Shown: positions 12,613 through 25,322 of the stretch, piece by piece | Layout: each line of letters opens with the position of its first letter | Numbering within the stretch: position 1 is the stretch's first letter | Assembly: GCA_030141605.1 (NCBI GenBank) | Contig: JAQGDQ010000102.1 | Location: forward strand, 1-42,176 | Length of the DNA: 42,176 bases | Source: Tubiluchus corallicola | Taxonomy: Eukaryota > Animalia > Priapulida | Direction of reading: 5' to 3' | The notes under the pieces: model-generated | What the model was told of the DNA's origin: nothing | What the model saw: the letters and a program-made list of their open reading frames with translations, nothing else | Databases searched by the model: none | Made by a program: the position numbers and the translations under genes

Positions 12613-14780
12613 CACTTATTGTTTAGAGGGAACAATAGTCCCCTTGCAAGCATTTCTGTAAAGTGGCGCTTAACAGACATCCGGAATGCGTTACCCACTT
12701 GCGGAGTAAAAAGTCAATAGAAAATAGCTGCAGAAAAAATAACGCATAACGCAGGTCTGATAAACGGGTGCGTTGAAAACAATATAAACCGACCTATACT
12801 GCACCCGCATTAGTAAACGCCACTTAAGGTTGTCGACATTGTGTAAAGAGCGCCACAAAAGGAAGAAATCAAGAACGAAAAGGAAGAAATCAAGAACGAA
12901 AATGAAAAAAAGCCAAAATTGTAACTCAAAAGTGTATAGAAAGCGCAGTTGCTGTAGGTCAAAGGCTAAGTGTACCACAACAACGCATCTTAACTACAAC
13001 CGTCAAGTGATATATGGGTAAAGTAAAGCCGTCTGCGGCACTTTACTTAATTATGCATTTGTTTGTGCGTAGAGTGATTTACTAAAAAATCTTGCTGGGA
13101 AAGAAGAAAAAATGAACTAGGTAAGGTTCTAGCTAGCTGTTACAACTGTTACTATTACAATAGCATGGGTTGCGATGTGTTGTCAAGTGTACACAAATGC
13201 GTTGTCTGTACACTTAACCTTTGACCTTTTCACGATCATCATCAATCGCTGGAACTGTGAATCGCTTAAATCTTTTACATCAACTTTGCCTAATTTATCA
13301 GTACATATTAGTTTTAAGCTGCAGTTAAAAACTTACAACTAACATTGTCTAGGCAACTATCCATTATAAAGCGGATTCATTCTACACGCAACAAACATTA
13401 TTACATTAAATGTTTTATTTGTATGATTTTGATGACTCATTAGTGTGTTTTAGATAGGTTTGTCATGTTTTTCTTAAATAATGCACTGTTCGTTGAGAAA
13501 AAATGACTTGAATTAAACTAAGCTGCTGTCTTGTAGTAGTTTATCTGTAGGCCACAGGCCAATATATATAACACATATCTGTATGTACATACTTGTACAT
13601 ATTTATAGCTACAAGTCTTTCATTTATACCTACCTGTCTTGCATTGATCGCAACCCTGCTGTACTTGTCAACATTGTCACCGCCTTGCTTTTGATAGCTG
13701 GCTTCAGTAAAGTGTTTAATTACCAGGAAAATGGCTTCCTCCAGGGTTCGCTCACGCGCATCAGTCAATTAGCGCTACATTTTTATGATATGGTTACAAC
13801 ATAGCAACTTGCTCATATTATTACATTGTTACGAGTCTAGAAACGTTCACTCAAACACACACTACAGATCAACTATACTGTACATCTCGCGAATTGATCT
13901 AAGCATTGAATTTTGCTGCCTGATTTTCCGGCAAGCTTGTTCCACGTTTAACCAAGCGCGGGGGGTTTCTTAAATGTCATTTCTCTTGGAAATTAAACGC
14001 GCTGTTACTGGTATGACGTCACCGTCTCGATTTAGTGAAAAGAACCGGGTAGCCGGTTGTCAAGTTTCTGAAGAACGCTACGATCGTCACTTGGTAACAA
14101 CAAATCACGCATGTCAAGTTACGAGATGCTTGTAGATGTTTTGTCGCAAAGTGAACCAAGAAAAATAAGGCTGCGTACGCAACAGCAACAACTAATATAA
14201 ACTAAAATAATTATTACTGCGCCTCCCTCTCGTGTGTATCTCTTCACTAGTGACTTAATGTGAGTTTGCGCCGATCCAGCAGCTAGTATGAAGCCTCGCA
14301 TGGTCTTCGCTAGATCGCACCTCCTTGGATACATGACAACAAAGAAAATTTATTCACACTTTTCACGATAAACGGCACGGACAACCCCAGAGCTATCCAT
14401 GACACTTACGTTTACATATATTACTATATAATTCATATTGATTAGAAATCTTTCCCTAAGCGACCTGAAACTATACTACGGCGTCAAGCAATAATACGTA
14501 ATACAAGCTTAAAACACGAATTTGTGAATGCGACAATTAGTGCATAATTACATTGTCAAGTAATTGTATACAAATTATTTTTGCTCATATATGGCCATGC
14601 TGCTGATAAGTACTGTCATGCACACCTCAGTTGTGTCTGCTTAAGTGGAACTAATGCCTGATGATGAAAAGTTTAATGAACACCCATAAAGTTTGATTAT
14701 CGAATCTGATTATCTGTCAACGCAGGTGAGACTGCTTTTCGTAATTGCAATAAATAAAGGTAAAAGGTAAGAAAAGGAAT

Positions 14781-15600
14781 TTTAAAGTTTATGCCAACAA
14801 AACTTTCCATACAAAGTTATGCTATTTGGCCTTACACTTACCTGTTTGAAAGACTTATGTAACTAGAAAAGGAAATTCTTAGTAATTTAGAATGTTTAGG
14901 CCAGCTGGTAAAACGTCACTGGCTCACCAAAAAATATTATTTATCTTATTCACTATCTAAAAATATTATTTATCTTATTGATTATTTATAAAGTAATTCA
15001 TACTTTTGTTTAGTTTGTGAAATGCGCGCTACGAATGCTCTGACTATTTTTTTGGAACTTTGCGCAATATTATTTAAATTTCTTACCCAAAGACTAATTA
15101 GCATCCTAAGATTTAAAGGACAAAAGAAAAGGGGTACCTGAAGTAGGCTTCAGAAAAATCGCCCTAAAAATTATACTACTTTATAGTAATTTTATAGGTA
15201 TGTCGTCCTCGCGTTGAAAGGATTTTTTGTTTGTTTTCATTTTAAATCTCCCGCAGTATTGTTATGATTGTGCCATTAAATGGCGTCATGTACGCAAAAC
15301 GTAAATCAGGAGAAGAAAAGGAAATGTTAAACTATGTCCCAAAAAACTTTCCATATAACTTATAAGTAAGTTATATTACATAGCATTTTGCTTACCTGCT
15401 AGAAGAACTTGTGTAACTAGAAAAGAAAATTATTAATTACTTAAAATGTTTTCATCAATTGGTAAAATATCGTTGACTCACCTGCAGGGTGCACCACTAA
15501 CCAGAAAACGTGTTTTTAATCTTTTTGACAAGATGCAATAATTTAAAATATTACTTAGTTATGGACGGGTGCGCTACGCATGCTTTGATTATTTTTTCAA
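14781..15600 (+). repeat. Diverged direct duplication with a period of about 550 bp
   Basis: 14800-14928 aligns with 15344-15482 (AAACTTTCCATA..CTTACCTG..TGTAACTAGAAAAG.AAATT..GGTAAAA..CTCACC). 15023-15052 aligns with 15570-15597 (TGCGCGCTACGAATGCTCTGACTATTTTTT versus TGCGCTACGCATGCTTTGATTATTTTTT). Confidence 0.7.
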
Positions 15601-16760
15601 ATTTTACTCAGCCTAGAAAAGACTTATCAGCAAAATAGCGGCGTCTAACGGTCATCGCTGGAGTTTAAATTTACATGTTTTTACTGCGTTACTGCCAACA
15701 CAAGCCCGGTATGCAAAAAAGCGGTATAAGCTTTTTAAGCTTTATGTAAATGGAGGGTGTAAAAGTTGCGCCTTAAAAGTTTGTTGCTGCTATTACAAAC
15801 TCTGTGTGCAGAAAGCCAGCCTGTAGGCAATACAAAATTTCAAGACGGATTTTTAGTTTTTTTGTCAATTCTGTTTTCGTGTTCTCTAAGCAGACGTAAT
15901 ACCTAATTTAATCAACACCTAATAATGTTTGATTATCTAAGCTGATTTTCCGACGACGCAGGTGATCCTGCATTTCACAACAACAAGAAATTCGAGTTTA
16001 ATGATTGGTTGTACTGAAGACTGGTAATCCGACATCTTCGTAGACTCGTAGAACGTTCAGATTGACGGGTATACGTGCATGCAACTTGTGTAACTATAGT
16101 AGGTCAGAAAACTGTTAAAAAGCCCTAAGCGTTTGCAAACTGCTCAGATAATTTCTGACTAGTAGTAATTTTCTTCCTAACTTAATTAATTAGTTAACTA
16201 ACCTGGATTTTATCGCAGAAATTATTTCAAAAATAAATTTGCCACATTATACATAAGATTTCTGTTTCATAAACAACCCACTATGTAATAAATTTTATTA
16301 GATTTCTACTAGAAAAATTTGTACTGCACACTTGTGTCAGAAAATATATAAAAATGGTTTAATATTGGGATCAAAAACAAAAACGAAAAACTTTATATTG
16401 TGTAAAAAACTGAGCATCGCGTTATAAAGATATGTTTTCTATAATTTAAGTACACCGACATTAAAATAATGTATCTTTGTGATTTCTGGATGTTCTGCCT
16501 TTCATCTTTACACGTTTGTGACATCAATCACAGGTGAGCGCTGCGAGCAAAGAGCCCATTCATGTATGCTCGTGTTGGATGGCTGAAATAATGACTAAAT
16601 GAAACATTGGAAACTGCCGGTTGCTTCCTTTCAAAAGACAACGTTTATTTACCGTCGCTCGTTTAACAGAAGACATTATAGCGACTTACACTTACAGCAA
16701 TGCAGGTAAAGACGCAACATACAAATACCGAATAACATGTAAGCCCATTGTAGGGTATAT

Positions 16761-16834
16761 GCCCTGGCGTTAGCAGCTGCTAGTCTCAAACTCAAGACTG
16801 CGTGGTTGCAGACTGAAATCTAGACCATTCTGTC
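16761..16834 (+). repeat. Short dispersed repeat; second copy at about 22948-23030
   Basis: Both loci share GGCGTT/GGGTT.GCAGCTGCTAG..ACTCAAGACT..TTGC..GAAATCTA.ACCA in the same order. Confidence 0.6.
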
Positions 16835-17249
16835 ACTCACCTAACCCAAGACAACAAAAATTCTTTCCTGTACACATTCAACACACTGCACATTCAACAC
16901 TACATATGTGACATTTTGGGTGCTAAATCAAAACTGCTAATTTGGTTCGAACCATGTGAAATCTAATTTGGCTTCATTTTTTGACATTTTCTTGCCGCTC
17001 TAGAATGATAGTAATAGATGAGAAGTGTTTCAGTTTACTAAAACAAGATTGAATGAATTTAGACACAAGTCCGCGAGTGTAAAGCCGTGACCTTGCTTAT
17101 GCCTGATGTCCAGTGCATTTAACACTTTGACAGATGTCATCTTCAAGGCCCCTACCTTAAATGTGTACCCTCCGAGTTTTGCGAGTCCAGCCGTCTGCGT
17201 TTGTGAGTTAACATGAATTAAAAAGTGGAAAACTGGATGTTTAACATAA

Positions 17250-17305
17250 CGATGATGATGACGACGACGACGACGACGACGATGATGATGATGACGATGA
17301 TGATG
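17250..17305. repeat. (GAT)/(GAC) microsatellite
   Basis: Seen directly in the sequence. Confidence 0.9.
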
Positions 17306-18696
17306 AAAAATCAGCGTATGGATTCTCCAAGATAAAAACAAGTTGAGAATGCTGGAACAAATTTCACCAAGAAGCGCTATTACACTAAATTGCCTGTTCG
17401 TATTAGAATTACAGCTCTCTTTGGGAATGACATCAGCTAAATTGGCCCCAGGAGAGGGAAGGTTTGCTAGACAATCAGTTTAGAGTGTTGCTGTGAGTAT
17501 TAGCCATTATTTATACGATCTTGAAGAAGTAGGATTATTAGGCTTATACAAGTAATAAAAGCTGAAAAGTTAGCCTAAATGTTTATTGTTAGACTGTGAT
17601 AGAAAAAGAAACCAAATAAAAATCTATTTTTGATATTATAGCTACCAGTATAATCGTAGTTAAAATTACTGGGGTGCTGCTTCAGAAAAGTTTTAGCCAT
17701 TGTTTTAATACTGTGTAAAACGTAGCAAACATATGTAATTATAATGTTGTTGTTTATATTTGAAAATCAGGTGTTGAACGGTCTCTTTTCTTAACTGCAA
17801 CTTTCTCATGGATAAACAACTATGAAAAATTAAGCTGTTGTAGTTCACTTACAGTCACAGAACTTATTTCTTGTGGATGCAAGGCGTCCAGTATTAAATA
17901 ATTTATGTTTTAAGCACACACGCTAAGCTTACACTTTATTATACCTAAGAATATGATCGTGCATGGTAAGCACGCGGCAATTGTTACTGTGATAGAGACA
18001 TTACTTTTCTACCTATCAGCAGACGCTAGCGTATAGCGTGTTATCTCAGACTTGTGTGCATTGCCGCATGCACACAATAGCCAAGCAGAAACACCACGTT
18101 ACTTGGGCTGTGAAGCAAATTGTACTTCCCTCACGTGCTCCAGGTCTGCACAAGTATAAAAAGGAACTAAAGAAAAAAGACTTATTATATTGAATATTAT
18201 CGATAATAATGAATGGAAACAAGGGGTGCTGCAGTACCACAGTACTTATACACGAGCTGCCACTGATAGCTACTGAAACATGATTTGGAATTTATAAATT
18301 TAAAATTACCCGTTCAAAATACAGTTGAAAAGACAGCGCATTTGCATGGGACGCTCAAGCCCTTTTTGTTAAAAAGATGTGATTATCTACTTTTTGATTT
18401 TTATTTATTTTGAAATCAGATTTGCCAAAGTAGCGAAAATCTGTGTGAAACAACTATTTATGCAAATGCGCATGTTGTTGATATCCCAGATTAAGTCTAC
18501 ATTGTGTGACACTGAGGCTAGTTTTTCGTGTGGTTTGCAATGCATAAGTAAGCACTTAGATATACTTAAAGAAGTATTTTAGTCACAAACATTTTTTCTT
18601 CAGGAAATGTTCTTAATTAAGTACACATCGCAGGCGTAAAATTTAATTGTTTTTTGTCCACAATTAAATCACGTTTAAATCATTGATCCGGGCGCA

Positions 18697-18810
18697 TTAT
18701 CATCATTAGCATCAATTCATTATCATTGTCATTATCACCACCATTGTCATCAGCATCGATTTCGCCATCATTGTCATCATCATCATCATCATCAACATCG
18801 TCATTATTGT
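18697..18810. repeat. Degenerate (CAT)n microsatellite
   Basis: Seen directly in the sequence. Confidence 0.8.
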
Positions 18811-18838
18811 CTTCTGTCATCCATTTGCTTCGCTTCAT

Positions 18839-19018
18839 TTAACGTATATTTTGTTGTTTATGTCATTAATTAAGTCTTACCCATGTTAAGCGTAGCTCAT
18901 AAGTTAATTTCTTCTGCTACGCTCATAGCACTGTAATGCATTGTTAATTTGTAATTGTATAACATGTATTTTGTTGCATTGTGCTAAATGGATGAATAAG
19001 TACATGTAAAATCTAAAT
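18839..19018 (+). mobile_element. Second copy of the 8671-8847 LINE-like 3' end
   Basis: Collinear alignment with the reverse complement of 8671-8847. Confidence 0.8.
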
Positions 19019-19205
19019 TAGGTCTTTATCACTTATGTATACAGTCAGTCGAGTTACCAAAACAACACCTACAAGAGGGCGTTATTATTTGTTGCAAAGG
19101 CAAATACGTCTGGAATGCCATTAGTGAGTTAATAACCATTCTATATGAAAAGCGTCAAGAGATGGCGCTACGCACATATTAAGTCGCAAAGTCATAGTAC
19201 GTTAG

Positions 19206-19244
19206 CTAGGCTCAAAGCCCACGGGTTAAATTGTTAAACCCGTG
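19206..19244 (-). mobile_element. Possible Helitron 3' terminus
   Basis: On the minus strand a GC-cored hairpin CACGGGTT..AACCCGTG is followed 10 nt later by CTAG. The base after CTAG is C rather than the expected T. Confidence 0.3.
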
Positions 19245-19841
19245 TGTAGATATCGAGCTCAGTTCAAACTTCACTGCGTTTCAGTATGACGAAGTAAAAT
19301 ATCTAGCAAGCAAGACACTACGTGTAATGTTCGCGCATTTTTGAAAAATTGGCGAAAAGTGAATATACTCCAATGCGCTGCATAGTACAATGCCGCACAT
19401 TACAGGGTTACTGTGCTTTGCTACAATTACTACTGTTGTTATTTTAATCTTAATAAAGTTTAATGTTTGTTGTTTGTGTTCCCCAAAACCTAAAGAAAAA
19501 AAGACGCGTAGAAAATATTTGCCTTTTTTTAAATCGCCAATAAAAGAAGTGACTAATAGTAGCCTCAGAAGCTGCTACTGAATAAGAAATTAATAAATAA
19601 CAAACGATAACTACTAGTTGTGAAAAGCAAAATAAAAATGAATAGAATGTGGTTTCTGTCAAAAGATTGACTGTATAAATTTGCAGTGTCTCGAAGAAAT
19701 ATCTATCTAAATGAAAAAACGAACAAACGAAAAGTGCCCAAGCACTTTTATAAGCGAGTTTATAGTTTAGCGCAATCTATAAAGGATTTATTAATTTAGA
19801 AAAATCTGTAGGAAATTTACAGATCGGGTAGTTCAAAGCTT

Positions 19842-19945
19842 TATATTATATTATTTTATATTATTAGTATATCATATCATATCATATCAAATCATATCAT
19901 ATCATATCATATCATATCATATTTTATTATATTACATTATTTATT
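19842..19945. repeat. (ATATT)/(ATATC) pentanucleotide microsatellite
   Basis: Seen directly in the sequence. Confidence 0.9.
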
Positions 19946-20572
19946 TAGGCTTACTGTCTCCTGAATTTCACATAGTTTCTATGCAGACGTGAAGATAATA
20001 TTGTACAAAATTTTAGCGCAATTTAAACATTTCTCATTTTTTATTTTATTCAGAAATTAAGGATTAATCGCTTGCAAACATCGTACAACGACACTTACAC
20101 ATGTAAAAGGTGAAAATATGGAACCAAGCAGCAGTGAAAATGTGTTAGTACAATCCTCCTCCCACGGCTACAGGGCCATCTTTTCTACAGGTTTAAGTGT
20201 TTCAAATTAAAATGTTGAGTAGTTTTTCCCCCAGTGGTCCAAGATTCCTTGCAAATACGGAACAGTCCTGTAAACGTCTGTAGGTGAACCGCAGGGACCC
20301 AGTTTTAGAATTAGGGCCATAAAGGGAGGAAGAGTATGCATCCAAACGTAACTGAATTTTTACTAGAGATTTAGTGTCTCGTTTCGAAGGATTATGCAAA
20401 ATAACTACTAGGATTCCCCCACCACAATCATTCGGATATTTGTAGGGGGCTCTGCGGTCTGCATGAATGAGGGTGCAATGTATGTACAATGGCTAGACAA
20501 GAGTAGTATCAGGAACTGTGATGTTTAATTACATATACAGAGTAATAACTGCAGTCGAGTATTCATCGCACT

Positions 20573-21216
20573 TTAAAACAAAACCGGACCCAATCTTAAA
20601 CTGTAAGTCAAAATAATCTGCTCTTTAAAATATTGAAAGGAAACATACTATTTTTTCAAAAATAATTTACGCGAAAGAATTATTGCCACTCAAACACAAT
20701 TTTACGTTCGCGCCACTAGTTCTACACTGTTACATCATTTCGCCATTCGCTAATTAGACGGACACTAGCGCCTGCAATTCGGACACGCATTGCACAAAAA
20801 CAGGTGCTGTACCGCTCAGTTCAGATGTGTTAGTTTGTGACGTACTGCACACGTTCGACAGCTCATGCGTGAGCACAGCGGTAAATTTGAAATTTTAATT
20901 TTTATCTTGAAGCTTGCCTAGTAGTACTAGCAGTTTTAGTACAACACCCTGAATATCTCTCAGTAGCACAGTACTTCAATTTTTGCTTTCGTAAACACGT
21001 GCAACATGCTCGTGGAATATTTTTGCTGTTGAAAATTATGTTAGTTTGTGATGTCATCAATTGTTGTGCTCGCCCGCCATTAATTAAGTTTTTAATCTAT
21101 TATTTAATTATCAGAAACGCTTTTGCAGTATTAATTGTGTTAAAATGTATACTTTTTATTTAAATGTAGACTTGAGAATTGGGTCGTATATGAAAAATCA
21201 TCCTGTCTGCCTTTAA
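20573..21216 (+). mobile_element. Kolobok-like non-autonomous DNA transposon (TTAA-flanked)
   Basis: Starts TTAA-AACAAAACCGGA and ends TCCTGTCTGCCT-TTAA (imperfect terminal inverted repeat). The body aligns with the reverse complement of 36985-37377, and its 3' end with 36751-36818. Confidence 0.65.
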
Positions 21217-21498
21217 ACTTCACAAAGGTGACAGGAAGTTTGACACACATTGCTTAATACTCGTGTTTTACAAACTTCTGCTTTCAAATCACAACACAAG
21301 ATGGCACAAGAGTAAAAAACATTTCACGATACCTCATGTGCCGGCAGCGACGTTCGTTTGGCGGGAGATAAAAAATAAAATTTCTTTTACGTTTATAAGC
21401 AAAGCATTCTATGCGCATATCTTGTATGGTGATTTCAATATTTTTAATTGTATATTAAAATGCAATAAATGTTGTTCGAGGGTTGGTTCTTCCTTTAA

Positions 21499-21675
21499 TG
21501 GCGCGTTCAGACGTAGAGTCTTCTCTCGCAACTGACTCTGAGAGAAGTTGCCAAGCCGTTCAAACGTTGCAACAAGTTGCGAGAGAAGTTGTCAAACCAT
21601 TCACACGTTGCAACTTTACTCTCAGAGAAGTTGCGCAGCAAGTTGCGAGAGAAGTATCTACGTTTGTACGCGCCA
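21499..21675. mobile_element. PIF/Harbinger (Tourist-like) MITE, 177 bp
   Basis: Terminal inverted repeats of about 35 bp (TGGCGCGTTCAGACGTAGAGTCTTCTCTCGCAACT and AGTTGCGAGAGAAGTATCTACGTTTGTACGCGCCA, 4 mismatches). TAA target-site duplication at 21496-21498 and 21676-21678. Internal GAGAAGTTG repeats. Confidence 0.85.
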
Positions 21676-22554
21676 TAAAAGTCGTAGGCAAGATGTGTAG
21701 CCCGTGCTCTACGAGCAGGCGCGATCTGGTATTGATCTTATCTTTGGTTTAAATAGTCTCGCCAGCCAAACGAATCATCATTTGAAATATCTTGGCATTA
21801 TGCCGCAAACATTGCTATTGCTAGTATTGCAACCAAGCTTCAGCAGCATCCTGCGAGCATGCGCACTGCTGCATGTACTGTATGTGCGTGAGCACTCGGT
21901 GTGATGGGATATCCCAGCTCTGCACTGAACGAGTGGTAGCATCTTGACAGAGGCCATGATGATAACCTGTTTGAAAAATTGTTTAACTTGAATAGCAAGC
22001 TACAGTGAAATCAGAAAGGTAAGTATCCTATCATTATTCTGTTCAAATGTGTTTTGTTGCTTCACATTAGTTATAATCAATGAACTTAATTATTTAGCAT
22101 AGTTGTGGCCTACTAAAATATGCAAACTGACTAATAACTAGAAGGTTTAGTATACAAAAAACTGTATACTGTACTATTTTGTGCAAACGTTTATGTAAAA
22201 TTGACATTCCGAACGTGAAAACTGACTTTGTACAAGACGGATATAGGCAACGCTTGACTCAAAAAATTCAGTCATTAGGGATTTCCTTTATTTTAATTCG
22301 TTTACATACTATTAACTGAAACTGTAATTTTTTGTTGAGTCAGATTGCGTCGTTATATTTTGCTGTACTGAGCACATCTAGCATAATATCGTGCTCAAGC
22401 CAGGTAATCACTACATTACTTTATAACAGACTCAAGTTAGGAAGGTAATTTAAATCTTCCTCTCGCTAAGCTAATAAATATAAGAAACTAGTTTATGTAA
22501 ATACGTAATACCTGAAACATTACTAATAAAATAAATATTATTTATTTTATTATA

Positions 22555-22652
22555 AACATGTTTTTGTCTAAGTATATACATATTTTTATCTAAAGTATAT
22601 ATAATTTTGTCTAAGTATAGATATTTTCGTCTAAACATATTTTTGTCTAGTG
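22555..22652. repeat. Degenerate tandem repeat of about 21 bp (TTTTTGTCTAAGTATATACATA-like), about 5 copies
   Basis: Seen directly in the sequence. Confidence 0.65.
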
Positions 22653-23930
22653 TAAAGGACCAATCTGGAAATAAAAGTACTAGCAACAGTGACGTTTCAT
22701 TCAGTAACCCAATTTCGAGCTTTACACACTTTACACAATGGAGAATTAATAATTACACTTAGAAATAAAATGATTTACCAATAGATCAGCAGCAGGTGCG
22801 TAGAGACCAAACAAGGACAAATTACCACAATAATCCACTGAATTATTAACCATCTAATGTTTTTCAATGTGGATAAAATTGGTGTAAAATAAGCTTAAAA
22901 TACATGTGAAGACACTGCAAAGACAACGAGTAACATGTAGGTTATTTGTCCTTGGGTTGGCAGCTGCTAGCAGCTAGAGTCTTGTACTCAAGACTAAATG
23001 TTTGCTGTCCGAAATCTAAACCACTTGGCCAAAAAATACGTTATTGGGCTAACAAGGAACAAGTTTGTAAAGGTGGATTTTATCGACTTATTAAACGATA
23101 AACCAAAACTTGATCTGGTATAAGCAAGTCATCAAGACATACACATACGCTGACTGTTTTATTCACGCATATTTATATCCTGGGGGTTGGTGCATTCCCA
23201 ACTGATAAGCTTAACCTACTTATGACACTAAACTTCTGCACGACGATTTTGTATTATGATTTTAGCTTATCCATGCTGAACGGCCTAGAAATACACAATT
23301 CCAGTCTAACTGCTAAAGCACTATTAATATATCATGTGATTTCACAAAGAACGTACATGTTGAATGCAATTACCTCTTCTATTTCGCGATAGTAGTGAGC
23401 ATGTGTTGCTTTCAGTTTTAGTGAATAATGCATTTTATTTCTTTTGGCATTTGCAGTTATAGTCGACTGAATCAGATTTATTTTCATAGTGATATCTAAG
23501 CGCTTGAGTGTAAACACGTGAGTAAGAATAGAGTACATGCTGGAAAATGTATTTTTAGTCATGTAAGTTATAAATATATGCAGTAGCATACGAGTCACGT
23601 GATTTCTGGGCTTGCAGTTTTTTATGTGCTGCCCATTTTATGATAAAACCTTGACACTGTGATATACGCAAGACAGAGCAGTGAGTGAGCAGTGAGCATA
23701 CCTACCTCTCAGGTGATCAGTTTTTGAGAACTGTTCTTGCTAAATGTACCTTAACAATAAGCAAACAGACCGAGGATTATAGAAACCTAGGTTCAGGTCA
23801 CGCCACACACATCTACAGTTGATTAGTAACTCCTGTAGTTGTGTAGTTGACTCGTGTATGTAATGTAAAGAAGTGAATAAAAATGTGCGGCTTTTACGGT
23901 GGGTTTAACTCCAAGTAACACTAAAGTCGT

Positions 23931-24136
23931 GGAAAAGTCACAATTTTGGCTAGAAAAAAGTTACAGTTAATTTTCGCTAGGGTTAGGGTTAGGGTAAATT
24001 TATGTTTATTTCTTTTTTTTCTATGCTTTTTTTCCTGTGACTTTTCCTGTGACTTTTGCTGCGCCTTTTTTTCCTGTAGCTTTTCCTGGGACTTTTTTCC
24101 TGTGACTTTTTTACCTGTGACTTTTTTACCTGAATT
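23931..24136. mobile_element. Non-autonomous Helentron/DINE-like element with an internal (TTAGGG)3 tract
   Basis: GGAAAAGTCACA at the left is inverted relative to tandem TGTGACTTTT(T)CC units at 24030-24131. TAGGGTTAGGGTTAGGGT lies at 23978-23995. Confidence 0.5.
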
Positions 24137-25322
24137 CCCTAATAAAGATAACCAGAGACTCGTCAAGCAGCACATCTCACCCACACCCACATAACCAAAC
24201 GACATCTACTCATCCAAAGACATCAGAAAGAAACGTGACCAAGATTAGGGATTAAGACACACAAATGGGATTAGAGAATAATACATCTTGTATTTTACAG
24301 CTCTAATTCGTAAAGAAAAAATATTTTTAGATTGCTGCATGCTGTATGTTTTAGAAGCATGCTGTATGTCACTGTACTCACAATATATATACGTTTGCTA
24401 CACCAAGTTTTTCTCGCTATCTTTGCGCTTTCTTATTAGCTTCAACAAAATAACATAATACGTAATAACATAACATAATAACATAGCTATTATTGACCCT
24501 CCGCGCTGACGGAGACATGGTTAAACTATACCTTACGTACGGCCATGCCTAATAATTAGGCAGCTGATTTTATAGTTCACTGCTGTCACTTCATTACTGA
24601 TTTGGTGCTACTGTATACAGTAGTTAACGCTCACTGTTATCGTAAACAGTTTAGGGCTTTAGGCTGACGGCAGTACTGATTCCTGTAGAGTTTATTAGTG
24701 GGTCATGATAACAGCAAACTAAATATTGCAACCGGAAGTAGTTACTGTTTATGTTATACGCAATTTCCTTTAACGCATTGCGAAGCATATTAAGATATTC
24801 GTTTACTCCAGAGTTTCCTTTCCTTATGTGACCATAAGAAAAAAGTGGCTTTAGCGAACACCCTGCTCATTGAGAGAGTATCATTATGCCTTTTTATGAC
24901 GAATTATGCTATAAATACTAGTTAATAACAAATAATACTTTTACGTAAGGCCTACATTGGCGGTACGTGCACAGCTTAAACAGCACATATAAAATTAAAC
25001 CATCCTTCTATAATCACGCAACAAAATAGTGCAACAATATTACTAAATTCAGCACAAGCAAAGGTGTTAAGGTAATATTGACCGCATTTATAAGCTATTT
25101 TTACGGAACTAAAATTAGTGATCAAATTCAGATTACTGCTTGCCAGTGAAATGGCACGCGAAAATTTTGCACGACATTTGTTACTAGGAATTTGATCTTA
25201 ATTATCTAAAATCTTCTCATGTTAATTTAAATTGAAAATGACCCTGCGGTGAGATTCCATTTTCCAAAGAATAAGACGAACTTTTTAATACTGAAGACTC
25301 AACAATGCTTTGTCGATACTTC

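Noticed and set aside
12691-13021. Lys/Arg-rich protamine-like ORF and its Phe-rich antisense ORF
   Set aside because: The + ORF has a TTG start and both are driven by a 21-bp duplication in A-rich sequence. No other coding signal was seen.
13729-13741. 13-nt match (AGGAAGCCATTTT) between this minus-strand segment and the sulfotransferase 5'UTR at 30241-30253
   Set aside because: It is too short, does not extend convincingly, and is expected by chance in 42 kb.
17030-17341. His/Arg-rich ORF
   Set aside because: It is produced by the (GAT)/(GAC) microsatellite.
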